DNA of 61,949 nucleotides from Thermoleophilaceae bacterium. Its GTDB lineage: Bacteria > Actinomycetota > Thermoleophilia > Solirubrobacterales > Thermoleophilaceae. The notes beneath the pieces are model-generated. The model was given only the letters and a program-made list of their open reading frames with translations, made no database searches and had not been told where the DNA came from. Made by a program: the position numbers and the translations under genes. Below, one piece after another: positions 47,937 through 56,979 of this stretch (the stretch's first letter is position 1; each line of letters opens with the position of its first letter). Where the stretch lies: positions 1 through 61,949 of the forward strand of contig DASXCV010000231.1 in NCBI GenBank assembly GCA_036491015.1. Reading direction: 5' to 3'.

Positions 47937-49844
47937 GTGGACTCCGACGGGGCGCGGACGGCTCGCGGCGCGCTGATCATCGGCGCGCTGGGCGTGGTGT
48001 TCGGCGACATCGGCACGAGCCCGCTCTACACCGTGCAGACCGTGTTCAACCCGAGCGATCCGCACCCGGTCCCGGTCACCCGCACGAGTGTCTTCGGGAT
48101 CGTCTCGATGATCTTCTGGTCCGTGATGATCGTCGTGATGGTCACGTACGTGCTGCTCGTGATGCGCGCGGACAACGACGGCGAGGGCGGCATCATGGCC
48201 CTGATCACGCTGATCCGCCGCAAGCACATACGCGGGAGCCGGCGGACGAAGATGGTGCTCGCGGGACTGGGGATCTTCGGTGCCTCGCTGTTCCTCGGCG
48301 ACAGCATGATCACGCCCGCGATCTCGGTGCTGTCCGCGGTGGAGGGGCTGAAGGTCACGGCGCCGTCGCTGAGCCATCTCGTGGTGCCGATCACCGCCGC
48401 GATCATCGTGGCGCTGTTCCTGCTCCAGCGCGTGGGCACCGCCACGGTCGGCAAGCTGTTCGGCCCGGTGATGCTGTTCTGGTTCGTGGTGATGGGCGCG
48501 TGCGGCATCAGCGGCATCGCCACGCATCCCGAGATCCTCAAGGCGCTCTCGCCGACGTACGCGCTCGACTTCTTCTTCAACCACTTCAGCACCGCGTTCT
48601 TCTCGCTCGCGGCGGTGGTGCTCGCGGTCACGGGCGCCGAGGCGCTCTACGCCGACATGGGCCACTTCGGACGCTCGCCCATCACGCGCGCCTGGCTGAC
48701 CGCGGTGTTCCCGGCGCTCGTGCTCAGCTACATGGGCCAGGGCGCGCTGATCCTCGGCAACTCGGCGAACATCAGGAGTCCGTTCTTCCTGCTCGTGCCG
48801 AGCTGGGGGCAGTGGCCGCTCGTGTTCCTCGCCACCGCGGCCACGGTGATCGCCTCGCAGGCGGTGATCACCGGCGCGTTCTCGGTCGCCCACCAGGCCG
48901 TTCAGCTCGGGTACCTGCCGCGGCTGCGGATCACGCACACCTCGGCCGAGACGGTGGGCCAGATCTACGTGCCGTGGATCAATTGGGTGCTGATGCTGTC
49001 CGTGCTCACGCTGGTGCTGACGTTCAAGACCTCGGCGGCGCTCGCGTTCGCCTACGGCGTGGCCGTGACCGGGACGATCACGATCACCACGCTGCTGTTC
49101 TTCTACATCGCGCGCCGCCGCTGGCAGGCGCCACGCGCGCTGGTGGTCGTGGGCGCCGGCAGCCTGCTGACGGTGGACCTCCTGTTCCTGGCCGCGAACC
49201 TCACGAAGATCACCCACGGCGCCTGGCTGCCACTGCTGATCGCCGGCATCACGTTCACGATCCTCACCACCTGGCACCGCGGCCGCGAGCTCGTGACGAG
49301 CCGGCGCCAGCGCGAGGAGGGGCCGCTGCGGGCGTTTATCGAGGAGCTGCACGAGCGCAGCTACCCGGTCGCGCGCGTGCCGGGCACGGCCGTTTTCCTG
49401 AACCGCAGCAACGAGACCGCTCCGCTCGCGATGCGCGAGAGCGTGGAGCACCTGCACGCGCTGTGCGAGAGCGTGGTGATCCTGTCGATCGAGACGCACC
49501 CGGTCCCGCACGTGCGGCCGGCCGACCGGCTCACGATCGACGATCTCGGCCACTCCGACGACGGCATCACCCACGTGGGCGCCCGCTTCGGCTACATGGA
49601 CGCCGCCGACGTGCCGGCCACGCTCGCCCAGATCGACCAGGAGCAGCTCGAGGTGCCGTTCGACTCGGGCGACGCGTCGTACTTCCTCTCGACGATCGAG
49701 CTGTGCATCAGCGACGAGCCGGGCATGAGCCGCTGGCGCAAGCACCTGTTCGTCGCCACGTCGCGCGTGACCGCCGACGCCGCCGAGTACTTCCACCTCC
49801 CGCGCGAGCGCACCGTGATCATCGGCTCGCGTATCGAGGTCTGA
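47937..49844 (+). CDS. kup: KUP/HAK/KT potassium transporter
   Basis: GTG start 1 nt after the nhaA stop. GALGVVFGDIGTSPLYT and GEGGIMAL motifs. Confidence 0.9.
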   Translation: MDSDGARTARGALIIGALGVVFGDIGTSPLYTVQTVFNPSDPHPVPVTRTSVFGIVSMIFWSVMIVVMVTYVLLVMRADNDGEGGIMALITLIRRKHIRGSRRTKMVLAGLGIFGASLFLGDSMITPAISVLSAVEGLKVTAPSLSHLVVPITAAIIVALFLLQRVGTATVGKLFGPVMLFWFVVMGACGISGIATHPEILKALSPTYALDFFFNHFSTAFFSLAAVVLAVTGAEALYADMGHFGRSPITRAWLTAVFPALVLSYMGQGALILGNSANIRSPFFLLVPSWGQWPLVFLATAATVIASQAVITGAFSVAHQAVQLGYLPRLRITHTSAETVGQIYVPWINWVLMLSVLTLVLTFKTSAALAFAYGVAVTGTITITTLLFFYIARRRWQAPRALVVVGAGSLLTVDLLFLAANLTKITHGAWLPLLIAGITFTILTTWHRGRELVTSRRQREEGPLRAFIEELHERSYPVARVPGTAVFLNRSNETAPLAMRESVEHLHALCESVVILSIETHPVPHVRPADRLTIDDLGHSDDGITHVGARFGYMDAADVPATLAQIDQEQLEVPFDSGDASYFLSTIELCISDEPGMSRWRKHLFVATSRVTADAAEYFHLPRERTVIIGSRIEV

Positions 49845-49870
49845 CGCGCGGCGGGCCTAGTCTTCAGCCC

Positions 49871-51010
49871 ATGGCCGAGCGGCTCAATCCGGCGCTGAAG
49901 GCGGTGAGCGACGCCGTGCTGGCGGTGGCGTCGCAGCGGTCGGTGGAGGAGGTGCTGCAGCAGCTCGTGGAGTGCGCGCGCGAGCTGGCGGGCGCACGCT
50001 ACGCGGCGCTCGGGATCCCGGACGGGATGGGCGGCTTCAGCCAGTTCCTCACCACGGGCATGAGCGACGAGCTGATTGCGTCGATGGGTCCCCTGCCGCG
50101 CACGCACGGAATGCTCGGGGCGATGCTCGAGGAGACCGCGCCGTTCCGCACCGAGGACCTGCACGCCGACCCGCGCTTCCGCGGCTGGTGGCCGAAGGGG
50201 CATCCGGACATGCGCTCGTTCCTCGGCGTGCCTATCGTGTCGGCGGACGGCGTGATCGGCTCCTTCTACGTGACACACAAGGAGGGCGCCGACATCTTCA
50301 GCGAGGAGGACGAGGAGCTGATCGCCCTGCTCGCATCGCACGCCGCGATCGCGATCACGAACGCGCGCCTGTACGAGCGCAGCCGCGAGCTGTCGATCCT
50401 CGAGGAGCGCAACCGGCTCGCGCTCGAGCTGCACGACGCCGTGAGCCAGAAGCTGTTCAGCCTCGTGCTCACGGCGGAGTCCGCCGAGACGCTGCTCGAG
50501 CGCGACGGCGAGGCCGCCCGTGCCCAGGTGGGGCGGCTCAAGGAGCTCTCGCGCGAGGCGCTCGACGAGCTGCGCTCGCTGATCATGGAGCTGCGGCCGC
50601 CCGCCCTCGACCGCGACGGGCTGTGCGGCGCGCTGCGCAAGCACGTGGAGGTGCTGCGCCAGCTCCACGGAGTGGAGATCGAGCTGAAGATCGACGACGC
50701 GGTGTCGGCCGGCGCCGGCGAGCGCGACCAGGAGGTGCTCCGAATCGCTCAGGAGGCGCTCCACAACGCCCTGCGGCACGCGGGCGCGCGGCACGTGGAG
50801 ATTCGCCTCGGGCGCAGCGACGGGCGTCTGGCGCTCGAGGTGCGCGACGACGGCGTGGGCTTCCAGCCGGACGACCCTGAGCTGCGCTCGCGGCGGCTCG
50901 GGCTCACGTCGATGGAGGAGCGGGCCGGGCGGCTCGGCGGCAGGCTCGAGATCCATTCGGCGCCCGGGAAGGGCACGGACGTGAAGCTGGAGGTGGCCGC
51001 CGGTGGCTGA
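49871..51010 (+). CDS. GAF-domain sensor histidine kinase (HisKA_3)
   Basis: Cytoplasmic; GAF region (ARYAALGI...FLGVPI). H-box LELHDAVSQKLFS, N-box QEALHNALRHA, GLTSMEER. Confidence 0.85.
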   Translation: MAERLNPALKAVSDAVLAVASQRSVEEVLQQLVECARELAGARYAALGIPDGMGGFSQFLTTGMSDELIASMGPLPRTHGMLGAMLEETAPFRTEDLHADPRFRGWWPKGHPDMRSFLGVPIVSADGVIGSFYVTHKEGADIFSEEDEELIALLASHAAIAITNARLYERSRELSILEERNRLALELHDAVSQKLFSLVLTAESAETLLERDGEAARAQVGRLKELSREALDELRSLIMELRPPALDRDGLCGALRKHVEVLRQLHGVEIELKIDDAVSAGAGERDQEVLRIAQEALHNALRHAGARHVEIRLGRSDGRLALEVRDDGVGFQPDDPELRSRRLGLTSMEERAGRLGGRLEIHSAPGKGTDVKLEVAAGG

Positions 51011-51653
51011 CTCGATCCGCGTGCTGCTGGTGGACGACCACGCGGTGGTGCGCGAGGGCCTGCGCACGTTCCTCGAGCTGCAGGACGGCATGGAGGTGGT
51101 GGGGGAGGCCGAGGACGGCCGCCAAGCCGTGGCGGAGGCGGAGCGGCTCACGCCCGACGTGATCCTCATGGACCTGGTGATGCCCGTGCTCGACGGCGTG
51201 GGGGCGATGCGCGAGCTGCGCCGGAAGCTGCCACGGGTGCGCGTGATCGTGCTCACGAGCTTCGCCGAGGACGACCGCCTGCTGCCCGCGATCCAGGCCG
51301 GGGCAGCGGGCTACCTGATGAAGAACGTGCAGCCCAAGGAGCTGGCGCGCGCGATCCGCGCCGCGCACGCCGGCGAGGCGCTGCTCGACCCGGCCGTGGC
51401 GGCGCGTCTCGTGGAGGCGATCGCGCAGCCGGCGGGGGAGGAGCCGCGCGACGAGCTGACCCCGCGCGAGCATGAGGTGCTCTCGCTGATCGGCCAGGGA
51501 CTGTCGAACAAGCGGATCGCCCTCGCCCTCGGCGTCTCCGAGAAAACGGTGAAGACGCACGTGGGCCACGTGCTCGCCAAATTGGGCGTCACCGACCGTA
51601 CGCAGGCGGCCCTTCACGCCATGCGCTCGGGGCTTCTCAGCCCAAAGACCTAG
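51003..51653 (+). CDS. NarL/LuxR-family response regulator
   Basis: GTG start, 8-nt overlap with the kinase gene. IRVLLVDDHAVVREGL, VILMDLVMP, LTPREHEVLSLIGQGLSNKRIA. Confidence 0.9.
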   Translation: MADSIRVLLVDDHAVVREGLRTFLELQDGMEVVGEAEDGRQAVAEAERLTPDVILMDLVMPVLDGVGAMRELRRKLPRVRVIVLTSFAEDDRLLPAIQAGAAGYLMKNVQPKELARAIRAAHAGEALLDPAVAARLVEAIAQPAGEEPRDELTPREHEVLSLIGQGLSNKRIALALGVSEKTVKTHVGHVLAKLGVTDRTQAALHAMRSGLLSPKT

Positions 51654-51703
51654 GACCAATTGCCGCTGGTGGTTCGGCCCTGCATGCGCCTAGTTTTCGC
51701 CGC

Positions 51704-52396
51704 ATGCCAACCGCACTCATCACAGGAGCCTCACGCGGCCTCGGACGCGCCCTGGCGCGCACCCTGATCCGTGACGACTGGAAGCTCGTAATCGACGCCC
51801 GCGGCGGCGCCGCGCTCGAAACCGTAGCGCGCGAGCTGGGCCGGCTTGGCGACGTGACCGCGCTGCCGGGAGACATCTCGGATCCAGAGCACCGGCGCGC
51901 GCTCGTGGACGCCGCCGGCGGCCGGATCGACTTGCTCGTGAACAACGCCAGCACGCTCGGGCCGAGCCCGCAGCCCAGGCTTGCGCTCTACCCGCCGGCG
52001 GAGCTGCAGCGCGTGTTCCGCGTGAACGTGCTCGCGCCCGTGGGGCTGATCCAGCTCGCGCTCCCACACATTCCGGAGGGCGGCACGATCATCAACGTCA
52101 CCTCCGACGCCGCCGTAGAGGCCTACGAGGGCTGGGGCGGCTACGGCTCGGCGAAGGCCGCGCTCGAGCAGCTCACCGCGGTGCTCGGGGCAGAGAACCC
52201 GGACCTGCGCGTGTATGCAGTCGACCCCGGCGACATGAACACCCAGATGCACCAGGAGGCGTTCCCGGGCGAGGACATCTCGGACCGCCCGCCGCCCGAG
52301 GAGAGCGTGCCCGGCTTCATCGCCCTGATCGAGGGCCACCTGCCGAGCGGGCGCTACCGCAGCCACGACCTGGCAAAGGTGGAGACCACCCGGTGA
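51704..52396 (+). CDS. SDR-family oxidoreductase
   Basis: ITGASRGLGRALA, NNAS, YGSAKAA (YxxxK). Confidence 0.85.
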   Translation: MPTALITGASRGLGRALARTLIRDDWKLVIDARGGAALETVARELGRLGDVTALPGDISDPEHRRALVDAAGGRIDLLVNNASTLGPSPQPRLALYPPAELQRVFRVNVLAPVGLIQLALPHIPEGGTIINVTSDAAVEAYEGWGGYGSAKAALEQLTAVLGAENPDLRVYAVDPGDMNTQMHQEAFPGEDISDRPPPEESVPGFIALIEGHLPSGRYRSHDLAKVETTR

Positions 52397-53436
52397 CCGC
52401 GGCCCTCGCCTTCGACCTCCCGACCGCGCTCGAGGCCCACGAGCCGCCGGAGGCGCGCGGCCTCGCCCGCGACGAGGTGCGGCTGATGGCGGCCTCGCGC
52501 GGCGACGGCTCGATCGCCCACGCGCACTTCCGCGACCTGCCGGAGTTCCTGAATGCGGGCGACCTGCTCGTGATCAACACCTCGGCGACCCTGCCGGCGG
52601 CCGTGCCCGCACGGCGAAGCGACGGCACCTCAGTGGAGCTGCGCTTCGCCACCGCGGCGCCGCGCCTCCCCGACGGCCGCTGGTGGGTTGTCGAGCTGCG
52701 CTCGGGGGACGGCGCGTCGCCGTTCCGCGGCGGCAGCGCCAGCGACCACATCACGCTTGCCGGCAACGGCGACGTCGAGCTGGTGGCGCCCTACGCGGCC
52801 GGCTCGCGCCTGTGGCTCGCCAGCTTCGACCCACACGAGCCGTTGCACGAGTACCTCGCCCGCCACGGGCACCCGATCCGCTACCGCTACGTGCCCCGCG
52901 AGTGGCCGCTCGAGGCCTACCAGACGGCGTTCTCGCTCCATCCCGGCAGCGCCGAGATGCCGAGCGCGGCGCGCCCGTTCACCGACGAGCTGGTGGGCGA
53001 GCTCACAGCCCGCGGCGTGCTGTTCGCGCCGCTCACCCTGCACACCGGCGTGTCCTCGCCCGAGTCCCACGAGCCGCCCTACCCGGAACGCTTCAACGTG
53101 CCGCCCGAGACAGCACGCCTCGTGAACGCCGCAAGCGAATGGGGCGGCCGCGTGATCGCGGTCGGAACCACGGCAATGAGAGCACTGGAGACGGTGGCGC
53201 AACCCGACGGCACCGTGGAACCAGGCGAGGGCTGGACGGACCTGGTCGTTTCTGCGGACCGCGGACTGCGGGCTGCGGACGGACTGCTCACCGGCTGGCA
53301 CGAGCCCCAGGCCTCGCACCTGATGATGCTCGGGGCCGTGGCGGGCGAGGAGCTGCTCGCCCACAGCTACGACGAGGCGCTCGAGCACGGCTACCTCTGG
53401 CACGAGTTCGGCGACAGCCACCTGATCCTGCCGTGA
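52393..53436 (+). CDS. QueA-family protein (S-adenosylmethionine:tRNA ribosyltransferase-isomerase-like)
   Basis: The GTG at 52393 overlaps the SDR TGA (GTGA). It aligns by eye with E. coli QueA blocks: GDLLV(F/I)N(N/T), YQT.(Y/F)S..PG(A/S)...P(T/S)A.., VIAVGTT..R.LE(S/T), L(V/L)T..H.P..S.L.M. Terminal motif HEFGDSHLI. Confidence 0.75.
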   Translation: MTAALAFDLPTALEAHEPPEARGLARDEVRLMAASRGDGSIAHAHFRDLPEFLNAGDLLVINTSATLPAAVPARRSDGTSVELRFATAAPRLPDGRWWVVELRSGDGASPFRGGSASDHITLAGNGDVELVAPYAAGSRLWLASFDPHEPLHEYLARHGHPIRYRYVPREWPLEAYQTAFSLHPGSAEMPSAARPFTDELVGELTARGVLFAPLTLHTGVSSPESHEPPYPERFNVPPETARLVNAASEWGGRVIAVGTTAMRALETVAQPDGTVEPGEGWTDLVVSADRGLRAADGLLTGWHEPQASHLMMLGAVAGEELLAHSYDEALEHGYLWHEFGDSHLILP

Positions 53437-53478
53437 CCATGCCGCGCGGTCGCTGACACCGGTTAGGCTGCGCCGCCC

Positions 53479-54309
53479 ATGAGCGGAGCGGCGGTTGTGA
53501 CGGGCGCGGCGGGCGGTCTCGGCTTCGAGATCGCCAGGCTGCTGGCGCAGCGCGGCTATGCCGTGAACATCGCCGACGTGGACGAGGCGGGCGCGCACGC
53601 CGCCGCGCAGAAGCTGAGCGGCGCGGCGTGGGGGACGAAGCTGGACGTGACCGACGCGGACGCGTGCCGGGCGGCCGCGGGCGAGGCGGCCGGGCGCGAC
53701 GGCGGCCTGGCCGTGTGGGTGAACAACGCCGGCATCCTGCGCACAGGGCCGTCCTGGTCGCACCCCGACGAGGTGCGGCGCGCGCTCGTGGACGTGAACG
53801 TGCACGGGCTGATGAACGGGACGATCGCGGCGCTCGAGCAGATGCGGCCGGCCGGCCGCGGGCACGTGATCAACGTGGTGTCGCTGGCGGGACTCGCCGC
53901 GCCCCCGGGTGAGACGGTCTACGCCGCCACGAAGCACGCCGCGCTCGCCTTCACGATCGGCACGCTCTACGACCTCCGGCAGGACGGCTGCAGGAACGTG
54001 CAGCTCAGCGCGATCTGTCCGGACGGCATGTGGACGCCGATGCTCTACGACAAGATGGACGACCCCCAGGCCGCGCCCTCGTGGTCGGGCGTGATGCTGA
54101 TGCCCGACGACGTGGCGAGGCGCGCGGTCGAGCTGCTCGACAAGCCGCGGCCGGTGGTGAGCATGCCTCGCTGGCGCGGCGCCGTGGCACGCGCGTTCGC
54201 GCTGACCCCGCGGGTGGGGGCGGCGGCGGTGCCGGCGATACTGGCGGACGCCCGCCGCAAGCAGAAGCGCTGGGCGCGCAACCACTCGGGCGGGCGTCCT
54301 GCCGGCTAG
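53479..54309 (+). CDS. SDR-family oxidoreductase
   Basis: VVTGAAGGLGFEIA, NNAG, YAATKHA. Confidence 0.85.
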   Translation: MSGAAVVTGAAGGLGFEIARLLAQRGYAVNIADVDEAGAHAAAQKLSGAAWGTKLDVTDADACRAAAGEAAGRDGGLAVWVNNAGILRTGPSWSHPDEVRRALVDVNVHGLMNGTIAALEQMRPAGRGHVINVVSLAGLAAPPGETVYAATKHAALAFTIGTLYDLRQDGCRNVQLSAICPDGMWTPMLYDKMDDPQAAPSWSGVMLMPDDVARRAVELLDKPRPVVSMPRWRGAVARAFALTPRVGAAAVPAILADARRKQKRWARNHSGGRPAG

Positions 54310-55697
54310 CTCGACGGCTTGATGTTCGCGTTCAGCCGGAACAGGTTGTCCGGGTCGTACTTGTCCTTCAGCGCCTGAAGGCGCGCGTACTTCTCGGGCC
54401 CGAACGTCTTGCGCACCCGGTCGTCGTCGTCCTCGTTCGTGAAGTTGAGGTAGACGCCGGTCGTGGTGTGCGGCTTCATCGACTCGGTGAGGTCGCGCGC
54501 CCACGCCACGTGTGCGTCCTCCGCCTCCGGCGAGGGATCCATCCACATCGACAGCGCGTGGTAGCACCAGGCCACGTCACGCCGGCTGATCGCCGAGTCG
54601 GCCTCGTCCACGTCGGCGATCGCGCCGCCGAGCGGCTCGAGCAGGAGCTGCACCATCGGGCCGGGGCGGTTCGCACCGCCCGCCACGAGCTTGGCGATCG
54701 CCTCGTCGTTCAGGTCGTCGATGAACTCGGCCTTTAGGTAGCCCCGCACGCCGTACGGGCCGCTGTCGTCGAGCATGCTCTGGAGCACCGTGTACGGCAT
54801 CTCTCCGACCATGTCGAGCACGGGCTGGGCCACCTCGCGGATCGGCGCGATCACGCGCTCGCCCTCCTCCATGGTGCCGGTCCAGCAGATCACGATGCCG
54901 ACCACGGGCTGGAAGTGCATCTCCTCCGGCACGTGCGGCGCGGGCGGCGCGCTGAGGAAGCCGATCGCCGCGCCGAGGTCCTCCGGCGCGTCCACCATGT
55001 AGTCGCGCAGGAAGGTCGTGATCTCGGTGGCGCGCTCCGGCGAGCACCCGAGCAGACCGCCGTAGATCATCGGGCCGACGTCGTGAAGCCTCAGCTCGAA
55101 CTCCGTGACGACCCCGAAGTTGCCGCCGCCGCCGCGGATGCCCCAGAACAGGTCCGGGTTCTCGTCGGCGCTCGCGCGCACGACGGCGCCGTCGGCGGTC
55201 ACGACCTCGGCCGAGATCAGGTTGTCGCCGGTGAGCCCGCACTTGCGCTCGATCCAGCCGCTGCCGCTGCCGAGCAGGAGGCCCGCGATGCCGGTGGTGG
55301 AGAAGCGGCCGCCGGTGACCGCGAGGCCGTGCACCTGTGTGGCGCCGTCGAACTCGCCCCATGTGAGGCCGGGCTGGCAGCGCGTTGTCTTCGTCTCGGG
55401 GTCGACGTCGATGCGCTTCATCGGCGAGAGGTCGATCATGAGTCCGTCGTCCACGCAGCTGTGGCCGGCGGCCGAGTGGCCGCCCGCGCGGACGGCGATG
55501 GTGAGGTTGTTGTCGCGGCCGTAGTTGACCGCGGCCACCACGTCGGCGGTGCTGGTGCAGCGGGCGATCAGCGCCGGGTGGCGGTCGAAGAGCGCGTTCC
55601 AGACGACGCGAGCGTCGTCGTAGCCGGCATCGCCCGGTCTCAGCTGCTCGCCGTTGAAGCCGTCGATGCTGGTGCTGCCGGAGAGGACGTCTGACAT
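54306..55697 (-). CDS. FAD-linked oxidase (BBE-like), paralog class of 24907..26301
   Basis: AAGGAG SD upstream. RAGGHSAAGHS, FGVVTEFE, C-terminal YARLQALKDKYDPDNLF. Confidence 0.85.
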   Translation of the reverse strand: MSDVLSGSTSIDGFNGEQLRPGDAGYDDARVVWNALFDRHPALIARCTSTADVVAAVNYGRDNNLTIAVRAGGHSAAGHSCVDDGLMIDLSPMKRIDVDPETKTTRCQPGLTWGEFDGATQVHGLAVTGGRFSTTGIAGLLLGSGSGWIERKCGLTGDNLISAEVVTADGAVVRASADENPDLFWGIRGGGGNFGVVTEFELRLHDVGPMIYGGLLGCSPERATEITTFLRDYMVDAPEDLGAAIGFLSAPPAPHVPEEMHFQPVVGIVICWTGTMEEGERVIAPIREVAQPVLDMVGEMPYTVLQSMLDDSGPYGVRGYLKAEFIDDLNDEAIAKLVAGGANRPGPMVQLLLEPLGGAIADVDEADSAISRRDVAWCYHALSMWMDPSPEAEDAHVAWARDLTESMKPHTTTGVYLNFTNEDDDDRVRKTFGPEKYARLQALKDKYDPDNLFRLNANIKPSS

Positions 55698-55797
55698 GAG
55701 GGGGAACTCCTTTTAGGGCCAGGGGAGGGGTTCGAGGTCAGTACGGAGGTGGGGATCCGTGCGGATCACTCTGCGTCTTGTGTGTCCTACCACGCCT

Positions 55798-55848
55798 GGC
55801 GCGCCAAATGTTGTGAGCTGAGTCACTTGGCGCGCCCCCCGCAGGGGG
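55798..55848 (-). terminator. two consecutive hairpins directly after the stop of the 55849..56304 gene
   Basis: CCCCC-GCA-GGGGG at 55836-55848 abuts the stop. 10-bp arms GGCGCGCCAA/TTGGCGCGCC at 55798-55807 and 55827-55836 with a 19-nt spacer. Confidence 0.45.
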
Positions 55849-56304
55849 CTAGCTCGGCTTGGTCGTCATCGCCCAGATGGTGACGGCGTAGGCCACCACC
55901 AGGAGCGCGACGAGCACTGCGGACACACGACGGAACCCGGTCGAGCCCTCGCCGCGGCCGGCGCGACGCATCGCGAAGCCCGCCAGGACCGTGGCGATGA
56001 TGATGAAGAGGGCGCTGCTGTCGGCCGTGCTGAAGCCGATGCCGATCCACGACGCGTTGGAGTTCTCGAGTCCCTCCTTGGACGCGATCCACTCCGCACC
56101 CACGCGCATGAGGATCCACGACGGTACGGCGCCGAGCAGCAGCGCGCGGTAGCCGAGCCGCACCATCGCCGCGTTGCCGTCGCGCCAGGACACGATCAGC
56201 GCCAAGCCGGCCAGCACGACCGAGCCGACCAGGAGCATCGCTCCGAGCACGTGCAGCAGCAGCGGGAAGTTCCAGGCGTCGGGGCGGACGAGGGCGATCA
56301 GCAC
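55849..56304 (-). CDS. four-TM membrane protein (DUF2269-like), tandem paralog 2
   Basis: 151 aa. GTG start 3 nt after the upstream stop. LLLHVLGAMLLVG resembles LLFLHVLSAFALM of the neighbouring gene. Confidence 0.6.
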   Translation of the reverse strand: MLIALVRPDAWNFPLLLHVLGAMLLVGSVVLAGLALIVSWRDGNAAMVRLGYRALLLGAVPSWILMRVGAEWIASKEGLENSNASWIGIGFSTADSSALFIIIATVLAGFAMRRAGRGEGSTGFRRVSAVLVALLVVAYAVTIWAMTTKPS

Positions 56305-56307
56305 CGC

Positions 56308-56703
56308 TCAGGCCCCCGGCTTGTAGATCATCACCACGAGGAGCGCGATCACGGTCAGCGAGCGCAGCCAGTGCATCAGCGCGGCCTTGGACGCCTTCGC
56401 CTCGTCGGCCCCCTCCGCGAAGCCCGCCTGGGCGCCGCCGCCGAACGCATTGGCCACGACCCAGAGGACGATCGCCGTGATGATCCAGCCGTCCCACACG
56501 TGGTAGGCCTTCAGGTAGATCGCGAGCCAGATCCCGAACACGAGCGTGCCGAGGCCGCCGATCCCCCACAGCACGTTGCTCACAAGCAGCACCCGCGCGT
56601 TGCGCACGGCTCCGAGCGCGAACGCGCTGAACACCACCACCGTGACCATCAGCGCGAACGCCGACAGGACGTGCAGGAAGAGGAGCGTGTTGTACACGGG
56701 CAC
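56308..56703 (-). CDS. four-TM membrane protein (DUF2269-like), tandem paralog 1
   Basis: The GTG at 56703 gives VPVYNTLLFLHVLSAF... The ORF extends to 56763, but the extra N-terminus is Arg/Pro-rich. Confidence 0.6.
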   Translation of the reverse strand: MPVYNTLLFLHVLSAFALMVTVVVFSAFALGAVRNARVLLVSNVLWGIGGLGTLVFGIWLAIYLKAYHVWDGWIITAIVLWVVANAFGGGAQAGFAEGADEAKASKAALMHWLRSLTVIALLVVMIYKPGA

Positions 56704-56979
56704 CGACCACGCTAACGGCAATCGAGGACGGCTAGCAGCGGGGCGCTCCGTCGCACATACCAACGCTGGTGTAAGCGGCTGCGTCCTCCGCTCCAGGCTC
56801 GCTCAGGAAGCCCGTGCGTTACGGATATTCCCTTGGAAAAGAGGCCCCGAGCGCGAAGACTCCGCGCATGCTGCACATCGCTCTGATCGCGGGAGCGGGC
56901 TATCTCTGTATGGCGATCCTCGGCTTCCTCGTGATCCTGCCGGTGCTGAGGGCCGCGAGGGCGGGGGACGAGCAGGCGC

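Noticed and set aside
47862-49796. 644-aa minus-strand ORF antisense to kup; similar cases at 58813..60300 and 31539..32960
   Set aside because: These are antisense shadows of well-supported genes, with a highly charged low-complexity composition.
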